DNA from: Nitrospirota bacterium
GTDB taxonomy: Bacteria; Nitrospirota; JACRHJ01
Assembly (NCBI GenBank): GCA_963733375.1
Contig: CAVTDB010000009.1
Span: 155,018 to 219,017 of the forward strand
Length of the DNA: 64,000 bases
Direction of reading: 5' to 3'
Shown piece by piece: positions 34,626 through 44,803 of this stretch (position 1 is its first letter; each line of letters begins with the position of its first letter). The notes beneath the pieces were generated by a model that made no database searches, had not been told where the DNA came from, and was given only the letters and a program-made list of their open reading frames with translations. The position numbers and the translations under genes are program-made.

Positions 34626-35564
34626 CTACTTTATTACCTTCGTCGCCGCATTCAGGACCTCGAACGGCACCTTCAGGGAGAGTGAGTTCGCGGCCTTCAG
34701 GTTAAGCACCAGGTCTATCTTCCTGGCGCTTTCCACGGCTATGCTTGAGACAGGCGCGCCCTTCAGTATCCTTGCCACGATCCCCGCGGCCATCTCACCC
34801 TGCTCCGAGGCGGAAGGGGCCAGCGCGAGGAGCGCCCCTTTCTCCGCCATGCCCGAAACCTGGGCCATCGCCGGGATCTTCTTCCTGTTGCTGGCCTCGA
34901 TTATTCCGGAAGCGTCCTTGTCCACCGCCGCGCTGCACGATATGTACACGCAGTCCGCGGCGGCCTTCTGCACCCCGGGCCGCGCCTGGGATGTGCTCCT
35001 CACCTTTACCTCCACCGGCTGAAACCCGAGGGCGGGCGCGTTCTTTATCACCTCGTCCAACTGGACCACGGAGTCCTTTTCATCGGGGTTATAGACCACG
35101 GCGAGCCTGGTGAAAGGTTTTATCGACTTCATGGTCCTGAGCAGGGTAACCATCGGGACCTTGGAACTGGCCCCGGTGGAATTTTGCGTTTTGGACCCGC
35201 AGGCGGCGGGGTCGTACACGTCGGCGAAGACGACGGGTATCTTGCTCGTCTCCCTTACCGCGGTCAATGCGGCGGCCGCCCCGTACGCGACTATAACGTC
35301 GGCTTCCACCCCTATGAACTTCCGGACGCTGTTCGTCCATGACATCTGGTCCGGGTTTGGTGATTGGACATAGACCGAGACCTTGCTCGGGTCGTACCCC
35401 GCCCTTGCAAGCGTTGCCATAAACGCCTTATGCGCCTCCTGGTACCGAGGCAGGTCGCCAGAAAAAATCACGCCTATGGTTTTTTCCGCCGCGAATGCGC
35501 CGGGGACGCAAATAGCCGTGACCATCATGAATAGGAGGACGAGAATTAATTTTTTGAAAGACAT
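34626..35564 (-). CDS. Periplasmic substrate-binding protein (ABC_sub_bind-like, type I fold) with no cognate transporter nearby
   Basis: Signal peptide ending AFA-AE; IPVVFADVYDP, VVYNPDE, QGEMAA...ILKG, LNLKAA..L.L.VP. Confidence 0.82.
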   Translation of the reverse strand: MSFKKLILVLLFMMVTAICVPGAFAAEKTIGVIFSGDLPRYQEAHKAFMATLARAGYDPSKVSVYVQSPNPDQMSWTNSVRKFIGVEADVIVAYGAAAALTAVRETSKIPVVFADVYDPAACGSKTQNSTGASSKVPMVTLLRTMKSIKPFTRLAVVYNPDEKDSVVQLDEVIKNAPALGFQPVEVKVRSTSQARPGVQKAAADCVYISCSAAVDKDASGIIEASNRKKIPAMAQVSGMAEKGALLALAPSASEQGEMAAGIVARILKGAPVSSIAVESARKIDLVLNLKAANSLSLKVPFEVLNAATKVIK

Positions 35565-35577
35565 GTTTCATTTCCCC

Positions 35578-37574
35578 TTACCATTTTTTGGATGCCACTA
35601 TCATGACCGTCTGGGCCGTGCCGTTCTGAGGCCCATCCTGCGGGTTGTTCTTAAAGTCCACGTAGTTGTTTATATCGTAGGTGAGGGATAACCCCCAATT
35701 CCTTGGGCAGCGCGTATCTTCCGGTTATCCTGCCGCCGGTCTCCCTGACAGCCATGTCCGCAAGCAAGCCCACATCCAGGGTATTGAACGCGCCGAGCGT
35801 CTCGTTTACCCTGAAACTCCCGCTGCCGAAGCTCTGGTAGAATTCCATATCCGCCGTCAACGGTATAGCGAACGAATAAGTGCCCCCGATAGAATATACG
35901 TGGGCCTGGTCCGTATATGGCGCGCGCTCCACCGGGAACGGTACGGCTGCCCCGTGCCCCGAACAGCGCGACATCTCTTTTTATCCTGTACCTGAAATAA
36001 TCGTAGTTCGCGGATATCGTAATCGGCCCGGCCGGGCTCCATACCGCCTGGACGCCAGGGTTGTCGTACTTCGTATGCATGTCGGCCTGGCCGTTTTCTT
36101 CCGAGGAGAACCTGTAATGGGCGTTGGCGGTAACCTCCGGAAGCGGCATGAAATTAGCGTCCGCGCGGGCCTTGTAGGAGTTTTTCGGCTTTATCGCGTA
36201 GGCGGGCTCTTCCGTGTACGCATATTCGAAGCTGCCATTGAAATCGACCCATCTCGCCGGCCTTGAAGTCACCCCCGCCGTTATTTTATGTATGTTCTGC
36301 TCCGAAGGTATCGTCCCGAACGGCGCGAGTATGGTCGAGGTGATGAGTGACTGATTGCTCCATAAGTCGGCGTTGTATCTCTTCTTGTTATCGAACGAGT
36401 ATTCGGCCTTGAAGGCGATCAGGCTTACGGGGCTGTACCGGAACGCCACCTCGGCCTTGTTCTCCCTTGTATTTATAGGGTTGTTGGGGAAACCCGTCCT
36501 CCCGGGATCTACCGTCACCGAAGCCGGGACATTTTCAGTGGTATTGTTGTAGCGGTAGCGGACCACCATCGTCAGGCCCGGGAGCGGTATGAGGTTGAAG
36601 TCGCCGTATGCCCGCTGATAATTCACTTCCGCCTGCGAATGCTCGATTTTCGCGCTCGCCGTTTATGTACTGCGCGTCGGCGGAGATCCTTCCGGTATAA
36701 TCGGTATGGACTTTCACCGAGTCCAGGTTCTCGTCGAACTCGGGCACCACGCTGTGGTGAAGCTGGACGCCGCTCATCGTATCCACCAGCGCGACCTGAT
36801 CGTGCGGCTCGAAGGTCTTGGCCGTATGGCTGTATTCGGCCTCGACGGGGCCGAAATGGCCGTTGATCCCGACGGTAAGGTCTCTGGTTATCCAGTCTAT
36901 ATCCCTGGAGCGGGACCCTTTCACGCTTGGTCCCCTCGTAAAACCTCGCCTGCACCGTCCCGTCCTTCTCGAACTGCCGCAGATTGATGAAAACGTGATA
37001 CGGCCTGTCAGGCCATTTAAGGATAAGGGACAGCCTGTTGTCCTGGTCGTCGGTGAAGTATTGCCCGCCGGGGTCCTTGTCGTCAGGGGGGACGATCCCG
37101 ATAAGTCCGAAGTGGTTGTAGTTGCGCCAGAGCGCCCAACCCGTGTAATCGATCTTTAAAATATCCCTGTACCCGAGAGACGCATCCGCCGTCCAGCTGT
37201 TCGGGTTCACCCAGTCCAGGTCGGCTTCCCATCTTTCGGGGAGCGGGACGTAAAGCATCTTTAATCCGCCCACGACGCTGCTGTAGGGATATTCGTACTC
37301 GGCGGCTTTCCTGGAGCCCTGCAGGTCGAAGAACCTGTAGCCAAGCCAGGTATCCGTTTCCGGCGCCAGATGGTAATGCGTCACTTCCGCCGCGGGGACC
37401 TCCGGCGTCTCTTCATCCGTCGCTTCTTCCTCCTGCTGGATCCTCCACGTCCTGTGTGCCTTGTGCTTCATCCGGCGCCGTCAGAGCTGGCGCCGCCGCC
37501 TTTTCTTCCGCGAATGCCTTGCCGCCCATAAGGACAGCAGTAAGGACCAGCAAGGCGATCAATATGTTTTTCAT
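35578..37574 (-). CDS. MtrB/PioB-like outer-membrane beta-barrel, about 660 aa (several frameshifts)
   Basis: Signal peptide MKNILIALL...AFA; WLGYRF...KAAEYEY; alternating aromatic beta-strand pattern; ends TVMIVASKKW* with a terminal aromatic residue; directly follows the decaheme gene. Confidence 0.8.
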
Positions 37575-37593
37575 AGTATCACTCCTTTTGGTC

Positions 37594-38571
37594 CTATCGT
37601 GTGAAAGTGCCGCCGTTACCATTGAGCCCGGGGCTATCGGAACCATGTATTTCGGTGTGACAGTCGGTGCATTTGTTGCGTTGTCTCTCATCGCCGGCAG
37701 ATGTCAGGTTGTGGTGGCTGTGGCACTGGTAGCAGAGGTACGGCATGCGTACCTTCAGCATGTTCAGGTTCACCGAGCCGTGCGGCGCATGGCAGTTCCG
37801 GCAGTCATCCGTCACGTCCGCGTGCTCGAAAGCGAACGGCCCCGTTTTTTCAGCGTGACAGTTGCCGCAGAGTTCTTTCATGCTCCCCTCTTTCAGCTGC
37901 TTCTCAAAAGCCGAGCCGTGGGGGTCGTGGCAGTCCAGGCATGTAACCCTGCCTTCGTTGACCGGGTGGTGGTTCGGGAGCGAGAACTCGGCCTTTATAT
38001 ACGGATGACACTTGTAACAAAGGGCCGCCACGTCCTTCGCACGCACCTTCAGGTCCACGCCCTGATGGACTTTATGGCAATCGAAGCAGGAGACGCCGGA
38101 GACGTTGTGGACGCTCGAATTCCAGTAATGCAGGTTAAAAGTGGCGTTTGCCGTATGGCATTTAAGACAGATGAGGGACTGCGCCTGCTTCGGCAGTTCT
38201 TTAAGGTCGATGAACGTGGAGAAATCGCACGTCGGCTTGCCGTTTATGACCTTTATATTGGCGATTGCCAGACTGCCCGGGCCGTGGCAGGACTCGCAGT
38301 TTACCAGCGGGAGCCCGGATGCGGGGCTTAACTGCGCCCCCATCGTGGATGCGTCAAACCACTTCTTGTACTGGTCGTGCTCGTGGCATTTGGCAAGACA
38401 TGCGTCATTGCCTACGTAATCCGCGTCCAGCCTTCCCGCAATCAGTTTTTCATACTCGCTTACCGGTATTATCGGTCCGCTTTGCTGCAGGCTCGCGCAT
38501 CCCGCCGCGGCAATAACCGCCGCGAGAAGTATCGCCAAAAATACAGGCCTTCCCCTCCCCCGTTTGAACAT
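37594..38571 (-). CDS. DmsE/MtrA-family decaheme c-type cytochrome, lipoprotein
   Basis: Lipobox AAAG-C; nine CxxCH motifs (CESCH, CLKCH, CFDCH, CYKCH, CLDCH, CGNCH, CRNCH, CYQCH, CTDCH) plus CLAKCH; family motifs HHPVNEG, GPFAFEH and IHGS. Confidence 0.93.
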   Translation of the reverse strand: MFKRGRGRPVFLAILLAAVIAAAGCASLQQSGPIIPVSEYEKLIAGRLDADYVGNDACLAKCHEHDQYKKWFDASTMGAQLSPASGLPLVNCESCHGPGSLAIANIKVINGKPTCDFSTFIDLKELPKQAQSLICLKCHTANATFNLHYWNSSVHNVSGVSCFDCHKVHQGVDLKVRAKDVAALCYKCHPYIKAEFSLPNHHPVNEGRVTCLDCHDPHGSAFEKQLKEGSMKELCGNCHAEKTGPFAFEHADVTDDCRNCHAPHGSVNLNMLKVRMPYLCYQCHSHHNLTSAGDERQRNKCTDCHTEIHGSDSPGLNGNGGTFTR

Positions 38572-38592
38572 CCTACGCCTCCTTTTTAGCCG

Positions 38593-38670
38593 TAAAACTC
38601 GTTAAAAAACTATAAAACTCTTACTCCCGTTTATTACCTTATTATTGCCTTTTATTACCTTTGTTACCGC
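38593..38670. repeat. Short phased direct repeats in the cheW-cytochrome intergenic region
   Basis: TTATTACCTT-like units start at 38631, 38642, 38652 and 38661; TAAAACTC occurs at 38593 and 38613. Confidence 0.6.
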
Positions 38671-39448
38671 TTAAGCGGACAGCGCCCTGGACGCTCTTAT
38701 GAGTATAAGGAGCCTCTCCCCCGCCCTGCCCACGCCCTCTATGTACTCCGCCTCGTTTCCGCCTATCACCGCCGGAGCGGACTCGATCCCTTTTTCCGGC
38801 ACGGCGGTCACGCCCGTTATCCTGTCCACTACCATCCCCGAAAGCGACCCGCCCTCGGAGACGACGATTATCCTCGTATAGCGGGAGGGCGTAAGTTCGC
38901 CCAGGCCGAGGCGTTTCTTTACGTCGAACACCGGCAGGATAACCCCCCGAAGCGAGATGATCCCTATAATATATTCCGGCGCGCGGGGGACCGTCGTAGG
39001 CTTCCTCCACCTGATTATCTCCCGCGCCTCCTCCATCTTGAGCGCGTACTCCTCGTCCCCCAGCATGAATGCCAGAAGCTCCAACTTTCCGGAGGATTCA
39101 GTTTCAACCTCCCGGGCGGGGGCGGCTGAAATTTCCGCTTCCTCATGTCCCTCCACGTCTGGGCCTCTTGCGGGGCCGGAGGCTCCGAGGATGAAGGGAT
39201 GCGATGCGCCTCGGCAAGGGAAGGTGCGCGTGCCCGGCGGGGGTTTCTTCGGCGCCGCCTCCGCAATGGAAATCGCCTGGATGGCCGCCTTCTCCTGCCG
39301 CCTCGTGACCTTCTTCACGGCATTTCTTCGCAGGCGCAGGTCCCGGAGCGGATGTTGCTTCAGGTTCCGGAACTGGCGTTGCTTTGGCCTCGGCTTCTTT
39401 CGCCGCCTTGGCCTCTTTCGCCTTTTTCCTTATATCTATTAAGTCCAT
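38671..39448 (-). CDS. cheW: CheW adaptor with a long low-complexity N-terminal extension (frameshifted)
   Basis: MDLIDIRKKAKE start; EEYAL...REII, VPRAPEYIIGIISLRG, GMVVDRI. Confidence 0.9.
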
Positions 39449-39449
39449 C

Positions 39450-40259
39450 TTAGTCTAGAAATCCCAGGTCTTTGATAACGTCTTCGACAATGCCCGCGCC
39501 GACAAAGGCCTCCCCGGCGCCGAAACCGGTAAGGAGCGCGCCCGTGGCTATGGTGTTTATAAGCCTCGGCACGCCTCCGGAATGAGCGTGCATCAGCTCG
39601 ATTGCGTCTTCACCGAAAAGTTTCTCATCCCTTCCCGCCACCATGAGGCGGTGCCTCACGTAAATCCTCCGTCTCTTCTTTCGTAAGGGGCGGGAGGTGA
39701 TACGAGATGCCTATCCTCTGCCTGAGCGCCTTGTATGCCGGGCGTTTAAGCCTGTCCTTAAGCTCCGTCTGGCCCACCAGCAGAAGCGACAGGAGGTTCA
39801 TGTCGTCCAGCTGGTAGTTGGTCAGAAGCCTTATTTCCTCAAAGGTATCTTTTCCCGGTATTAACTGCGCCTCGTCTATGATTACCACGGGAGAAGTCCC
39901 TTTTTCATGGAACCCGTACAGACAGTCGTTTATCTGTTCGACCAGGTCCGCCTTGTAGTGCTTCGGCTTCTCCACCCCGAGCTTCTTTGGCAAGCGCCCG
40001 GAGGAACTGCGCCGGGGAGAGCCGCGGGTTCGTTATCAGGACCGGTTTGTTGGAGTCTGTCCAGGGAGTCGATAAGGGCGCGGGTCAGGGTGGTCTTGCC
40101 GGAACCTACTTCTCCCGTCAAAAGCGCGAATTCGCGTTCCTCCACGGCGTACTGGAGCCGGGCCAGCGCCTCCGCGTGCGACCGGCTCATGTACAAAAAC
40201 GCCGGGTCCGGAGTCTTGGAAAAGCACCTTGTTTTAAGTCCGTAGAATTCTTCGTACAT
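39450..40259 (-). CDS. ExeA/GspA-like AAA ATPase (2 frameshifts)
   Basis: MYEEFYGL...FSKTPDPAFLY, GEVGSGKTT, IIDEAQ, LVGQTEL, LRQRI, SGGVPRLIN; no peptidoglycan-binding extension. Confidence 0.9.
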
Positions 40260-40265
40260 GGTTTC

Positions 40266-42248
40266 CTACACCGTCTGCCTTTTCCTGGTCGATTCGCTGA
40301 TCAGGGACTCAAGGTCCAGTATCAGCACCACCTCGTTATCCCCCAGTTCCGTCGCCCCGGCAATGCCGTGTATATCCTTCAGCTTTTCTCCCAGGCTCTT
40401 TATGACCATTTCCTGCTGGCCCAGGAGCCTGTCCACCACGAAGCCGAGCCTGCTCTCGGCCAGGCCCGCCACGACGACATATATAAACTCCTGGCCGCCT
40501 TTTTTGGGCAGCCCGAAAATTTCATCCAGCCTCAAAAGCGGCAGGGTCTCCCCGCGAAGCGTGATTACCTCGCGCCGCTCCACGCTGTCCACCTTGTCCG
40601 GCTCAATCATCAGCGTCTCCGATACGGCGGACAGCGGCATGGCGAACTTCTCGCCGCCCGCTTCCACCATCAGCCCCTTTATTATCGCGAGCGTGATGGG
40701 CAGGGTAAGGGTGATGCTGGTCCCCCTGCCTATCGCGGTATCTATGTCTATTGTGCCGGAGAGCTTCGCGACGTTTCTCCTTACCACGTCCATCCCAACC
40801 CCGCGGCCGGAGACCTCGCTTACCTGCTCCTTCGTGGAAAACCCGGGCAGGAATATAAGGTCCAGCATCTCCCGCCGGTTAAGCGTCAGGGTCGGGTCCA
40901 CAAGGTCTTTTTCCAGCGCCTTGCGCCAGAGCCGCTCCGGGTCTATCCCGCCGCCGTCGTCCTCCACGGATATGGCGACCCTGTTCCCTTTCGGGTAGGC
41001 GTTCAGGCGTATCTTGCCGCGCGCGGGCTTTCCCCGTCTGGCCCGTTCCTGGGCCGGCTCTATGCCGTGGTCTATGGAGTTTCTTATCAGGTGCATGAGC
41101 GGGTCGGATATCTCTTCCACCACCAGCTTGTCCAGTTCGGTGTCCTCGCCCAGCATCTCCATGTCTATGTCCTTGCCCGCGTCCATCGCATATTTCCTTA
41201 CCGCCTGGGACAGCCTGGTGAATATCTGGCCGATGGGGACCATCCGGACCTCGATAACTCCCTCCTGCAGCTCCGTGAGCTTCCTCTCCAGGAGGCGCGA
41301 CGCCTTGGAAAGGTCCACCGCCAGGCCCTGAAAGCCCTGGATGGCCCTTAAGTCCTTGCTCAGCCGTGTAATGACGTTCTTGGACAGCACCAGCTCTCCC
41401 ACTATGTTCATTATGCGGTCGAGACGGGCAATGTCCACGCGAATGGTTTTGGAGAAGCTCCGCAGGGTCTGCGTGTCCGTTTCCGCCTTCCTCTGGAGCG
41501 CCTTGTATTTTATTACCGAGACCTCCACGCCCGGCCCGGACACCTCCCGGACGAACTTCTCCATCGGCTCCTTCGTCCCCACCACTATATTGAACTCTAT
41601 GCCCATCTCCGGGCCCGTGCCGGTGGAGGGAAGCGTGCTGATTATCTCGCCCATCACCTTCAGCCGGTCGTTCAGCGAGGTCAGGTCACGGTCGAAGCTC
41701 GACATGTCGAACCGGGCGGTAACCAGATATATCGAGTTCTTCGCCTTCACGTTCTCGCGGAGGCGGTGTTCCTCGTATTCGGTCAGGACCTTCACTATCT
41801 GGGCGTCTATCTCTATCTCGTCGATTATGTCTTTTGCGTCCCGGCCGCGGCCCCTGGACAGCGAGTCCTCGATCATGGAGGATATGTCGGCATAGTCCGA
41901 GCTTTCGATGCCGTCTCGGCTTATTTCCTCGGAGAGGACTTTCAGCCTGTCCAGTGCGGCAAATATTACGGTAGCGACTTCGTGGGAAATTTCGACCTTG
42001 CCCAGCCGGAGCGCGTCAAGCAGCGATTCGAGCTTGTGTGAGAGATGGGAGACTCCCTCGAAGCCGAACATGCCGGAGAGGCCTTTCAGGGAATGGACGC
42101 CGCGGAAGATGGCGTTCACGACGTCCGGGTCTATCCGGCCGGACTCGGTCATGCCGTCCATGCGGGTCAAATGCTGGCCCAGGTCTTCGAGGATGTCCTC
42201 CGTCTCGGCCAGGAACTCTCCCCTGGACCTCTCGTCTTTCCCTGTCAT
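40266..42248 (-). CDS. cheA: Chemotaxis histidine kinase
   Basis: Hpt IFRGVHSLKG, IRVD..RLD, HLIRNSIDHGIE, DDGGGID, GFST...SGRGVGMDVV, and a C-terminal CheW domain. Confidence 0.97.
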   Translation of the reverse strand: MTGKDERSRGEFLAETEDILEDLGQHLTRMDGMTESGRIDPDVVNAIFRGVHSLKGLSGMFGFEGVSHLSHKLESLLDALRLGKVEISHEVATVIFAALDRLKVLSEEISRDGIESSDYADISSMIEDSLSRGRGRDAKDIIDEIEIDAQIVKVLTEYEEHRLRENVKAKNSIYLVTARFDMSSFDRDLTSLNDRLKVMGEIISTLPSTGTGPEMGIEFNIVVGTKEPMEKFVREVSGPGVEVSVIKYKALQRKAETDTQTLRSFSKTIRVDIARLDRIMNIVGELVLSKNVITRLSKDLRAIQGFQGLAVDLSKASRLLERKLTELQEGVIEVRMVPIGQIFTRLSQAVRKYAMDAGKDIDMEMLGEDTELDKLVVEEISDPLMHLIRNSIDHGIEPAQERARRGKPARGKIRLNAYPKGNRVAISVEDDGGGIDPERLWRKALEKDLVDPTLTLNRREMLDLIFLPGFSTKEQVSEVSGRGVGMDVVRRNVAKLSGTIDIDTAIGRGTSITLTLPITLAIIKGLMVEAGGEKFAMPLSAVSETLMIEPDKVDSVERREVITLRGETLPLLRLDEIFGLPKKGGQEFIYVVVAGLAESRLGFVVDRLLGQQEMVIKSLGEKLKDIHGIAGATELGDNEVVLILDLESLISESTRKRQTV

Positions 42249-42278
42249 AGCGCTCTCTCCAGAACCCCCGCCGGGGGC

Positions 42279-42647
42279 TTATTCAAGGACTTTCCTTACT
42301 AGTTCCTGCAGCTCGTTTCCTTTGAAAGGCTTTACGATATATCCGGATGCGCCGAGGCTTAGGCCCCGCTCCCTGTCCTCGTCGCTTCTCTCCGTGCTGA
42401 CTATTATAAGGGGGATTTCTTTGTACTGCGGATGGCCCTTGACGAAGCTGATCAGCTCCAGGCCGTTTATGTCGGGCATGTTTATGTCGGTGATTATAAG
42501 GTCGTACTTGCGCGCGGGCAGCACCTTCAGCGCGTCGAATCCGCTCGCGGCCTCGAAGGTGGAAAAGCCGGGCATCTGCTCGACGGTGGCCCGGATAAGC
42601 CCCCTCATGGCTTTGGAATCTTCGACTATCAGGACTGAATAGGCCAT
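42279..42647 (-). CDS. cheY: Single-domain response regulator (CheY-like)
   Basis: MAYSVLIVEDS, TDINMPDINGLEL, VSTE, VKPF. It appears fused to the upstream gene only because of a likely 1-nt insertion. Confidence 0.82.
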   Translation of the reverse strand: MAYSVLIVEDSKAMRGLIRATVEQMPGFSTFEAASGFDALKVLPARKYDLIITDINMPDINGLELISFVKGHPQYKEIPLIIVSTERSDEDRERGLSLGASGYIVKPFKGNELQELVRKVLE

Positions 42648-42652
42648 AGGCT

Positions 42653-43850
42653 TTAGCCGTTCCCCTTCGCCAGCTGTTTTTCGAGGTCGGAAATCTTTCG
42701 TTCGAGATAGCGCTTTCTCCATCGCCAGGCCCGCCTGATGCATGAATATCTCAAGGCCCGAGATATTCGGGATGGCCTTGTCTTCGGGGAGGTTGTCGCC
42801 GTAGAGGATGGCGGCCACCCTGCCGTTGCTTATCACCGGCACCAGGAAAAATTCTTTCGGTTCCCTGCCCCCCAGTTCCTTTATCATGTACATGTCCCAG
42901 GCGCTGTCCGAGAAGCCGCTTATCTTCACCCGCTTGTCGCGTATGACTTCGGAGAAGATGGACGCCTCTTTCGTCGGGACCTTTATATCCCTGACGCGCT
43001 TGTCCGGGGACTCGTCCTTATACTCGATGCCGAACTGTCCAAGGCCCCGGACTTCGTCCCTGGTCACCATGAACAGCACCGCCCGGTTCACCACCTCGCT
43101 CGCGTACCGAAGGACCAGGAGCGTTATCTCCGCCGTCGCCGAAGGGAACCTCAGCTCCTCGAACATCGACTTCAGCGTGTTTAAATCTTTACCGCGGTCC
43201 GCCGCCGCTTTCTCCTCCAGCGACGGCTCGGCTTGCGGGGCGACACCCTGCTCCTGCAGGAACTCCGCGAACTCCGAGACCTTTTGTTTGGCCTTCGGCG
43301 CGGGCGCGGGCGGAGCTGGCTTTGTCTTTTTATCCCGCTTCTTCTCGTCCATCACCCGGGCGCTCTCCATCAGGAGATATTCCGGGTTGAGGCCGGCCTT
43401 CAGCAGAAACTCGTGGGTCACCACCTCTATTTTGTCCGAGGGGGTAATGTCGCCCAGGTCGAAATTGAAGAAGCCTTCTTCCCACGCCAGGAGCGAGTAG
43501 ATCATGTTCTCTATCTGGCCCCGGATAGTCTCTTCGAGCACCTCCTGGGATATGGCCCCCATCTCGACCATTATCTGGCCCAGGCGTTTCGTGCCCTTAA
43601 TCCTCTTCTGGGTTTCGAGCGCGCGCGTCAGGTCGTTTTCGGAGACGGACCCTTTTGATATAAGGATATTCCCAAGCGTATCGCGGAGGTTATCCGTCGC
43701 CGCCTGGACTATCTGCCCGTTCCTGAAAACGACCACGGCGGAACCCTTGGCCTTATTCTTCAGGATAAGGGTCCCGGTCTTTTTGCTAAGGCTTATAATC
43801 TGGAAGATATCTGAAAGTGCCAGGTCCTCCAGGCGTCCAACCAGGCTCAT
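42653..43850 (-). CDS. DUF4388 (PatA-N-like) plus GAF-like domain protein
   Basis: MSLVGRLEDLALSDIFQII..SKKTG.L, LG.IL..G, W.EG.F.F, LLMESAR..DE; C-terminal GAF-like region with LYGDN. Confidence 0.8.
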
Positions 43851-44043
43851 CTTGTCCCCATTTCGGATTTCGGAGTGTGGGGATTATAACATCATGAAAA
43901 ATGATTGTAAATAAAATCATCGAACCCTTTATTTTTCCTTAGTTTATTATAAAAAAAATTTATACGGAAATATCTTGACAGAAAAAGGCGGGTTGATAAT
44001 AACATCTTGCGGTAATCAAAATCCTTATAATATCGAGGTGAAT

Positions 44044-44716
44044 ATGAAAGAAGCGCCGCTTTTCATACACGGGATGACCCTGGGGTCGTGGCAGGTGCCC
44101 GGTTTCATTGTCTATACCTGGCTTGTAATGGCGATACTCATCGTCGCGGGCGTGGCGGTAAGGAGCGGCTTAAAGCCGGTGCCGGGCGGACTTCAGAACT
44201 TGATAGAAGCCTTCGTCGGCGGGATCCGCGACTTCACCGTCACCACCATGGGTCCGCACGGGATGGACTATTTCCCGCTAATCGGGACGGCGGCGTTCTT
44301 CATCCTGCTTTCGTAACCTCCTGGGCGTAATCCCCGGGTTCGAGTCCCCTACCGCAAACCTTAACACCACCGCGGCCTGCGCAATCACCGTATTTGCCTC
44401 CACCCATGTGGTCGGCCTCAGGAAGCACGGTTTCCATTACATAAAGCATTTCATGGGGCCTGTCCTGTGGCTCGCGCCGATGATGTTCTTTATAGAGGTA
44501 ATCGGACACATAGCCCGTCCGGTATCCCTCTCGCTTCGTCTATTCGGGAATATCAAGGGCGAGGACCTGGTCGTGCTGATACTCTTCATGCTGGTGCCTT
44601 TAGCCATCCCGGCGGTCATGCTGGGGCTTGCGATATTCACCAGCTTCGTCCAGACGTTCGTGTTCGTCCTTCTTACCATGCTGTATATCTCCGGCGCAAT
44701 GGAAGAGGCGCATTAA
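44044..44716 (+). CDS. atpB: F0F1 ATP synthase subunit a (frameshifted)
   Basis: [42 protein letters not shown]. Confidence 0.95.
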
Positions 44717-44764
44717 AGTTTAAAAGTTTTTGGCGTTACCTTTTTACCAAAAAGGTAACGGTTT
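44717..44764. repeat. Single B-type REP-like palindrome
   Basis: TTTAAAAGTTTTTGGCGTTACCTTTTTACCAAAAAGGTAACGGTT, nearly identical to the B unit of the 22217-22327 element. Confidence 0.85.
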
Positions 44765-44803
44765 AAAGGTTCCATCAAATGGGAAAGGAGGAAATAAAAA
44801 ATT

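Noticed and set aside
42279-43850. Apparent DUF4388-GAF-receiver fusion (523-aa ORF)
   Set aside because: Removing one base near 42705 gives ...MEKALLERKISDLEKQLAKGNG* ending at 42653, followed 5 nt later by the CheY ATG. Two genes is more parsimonious.
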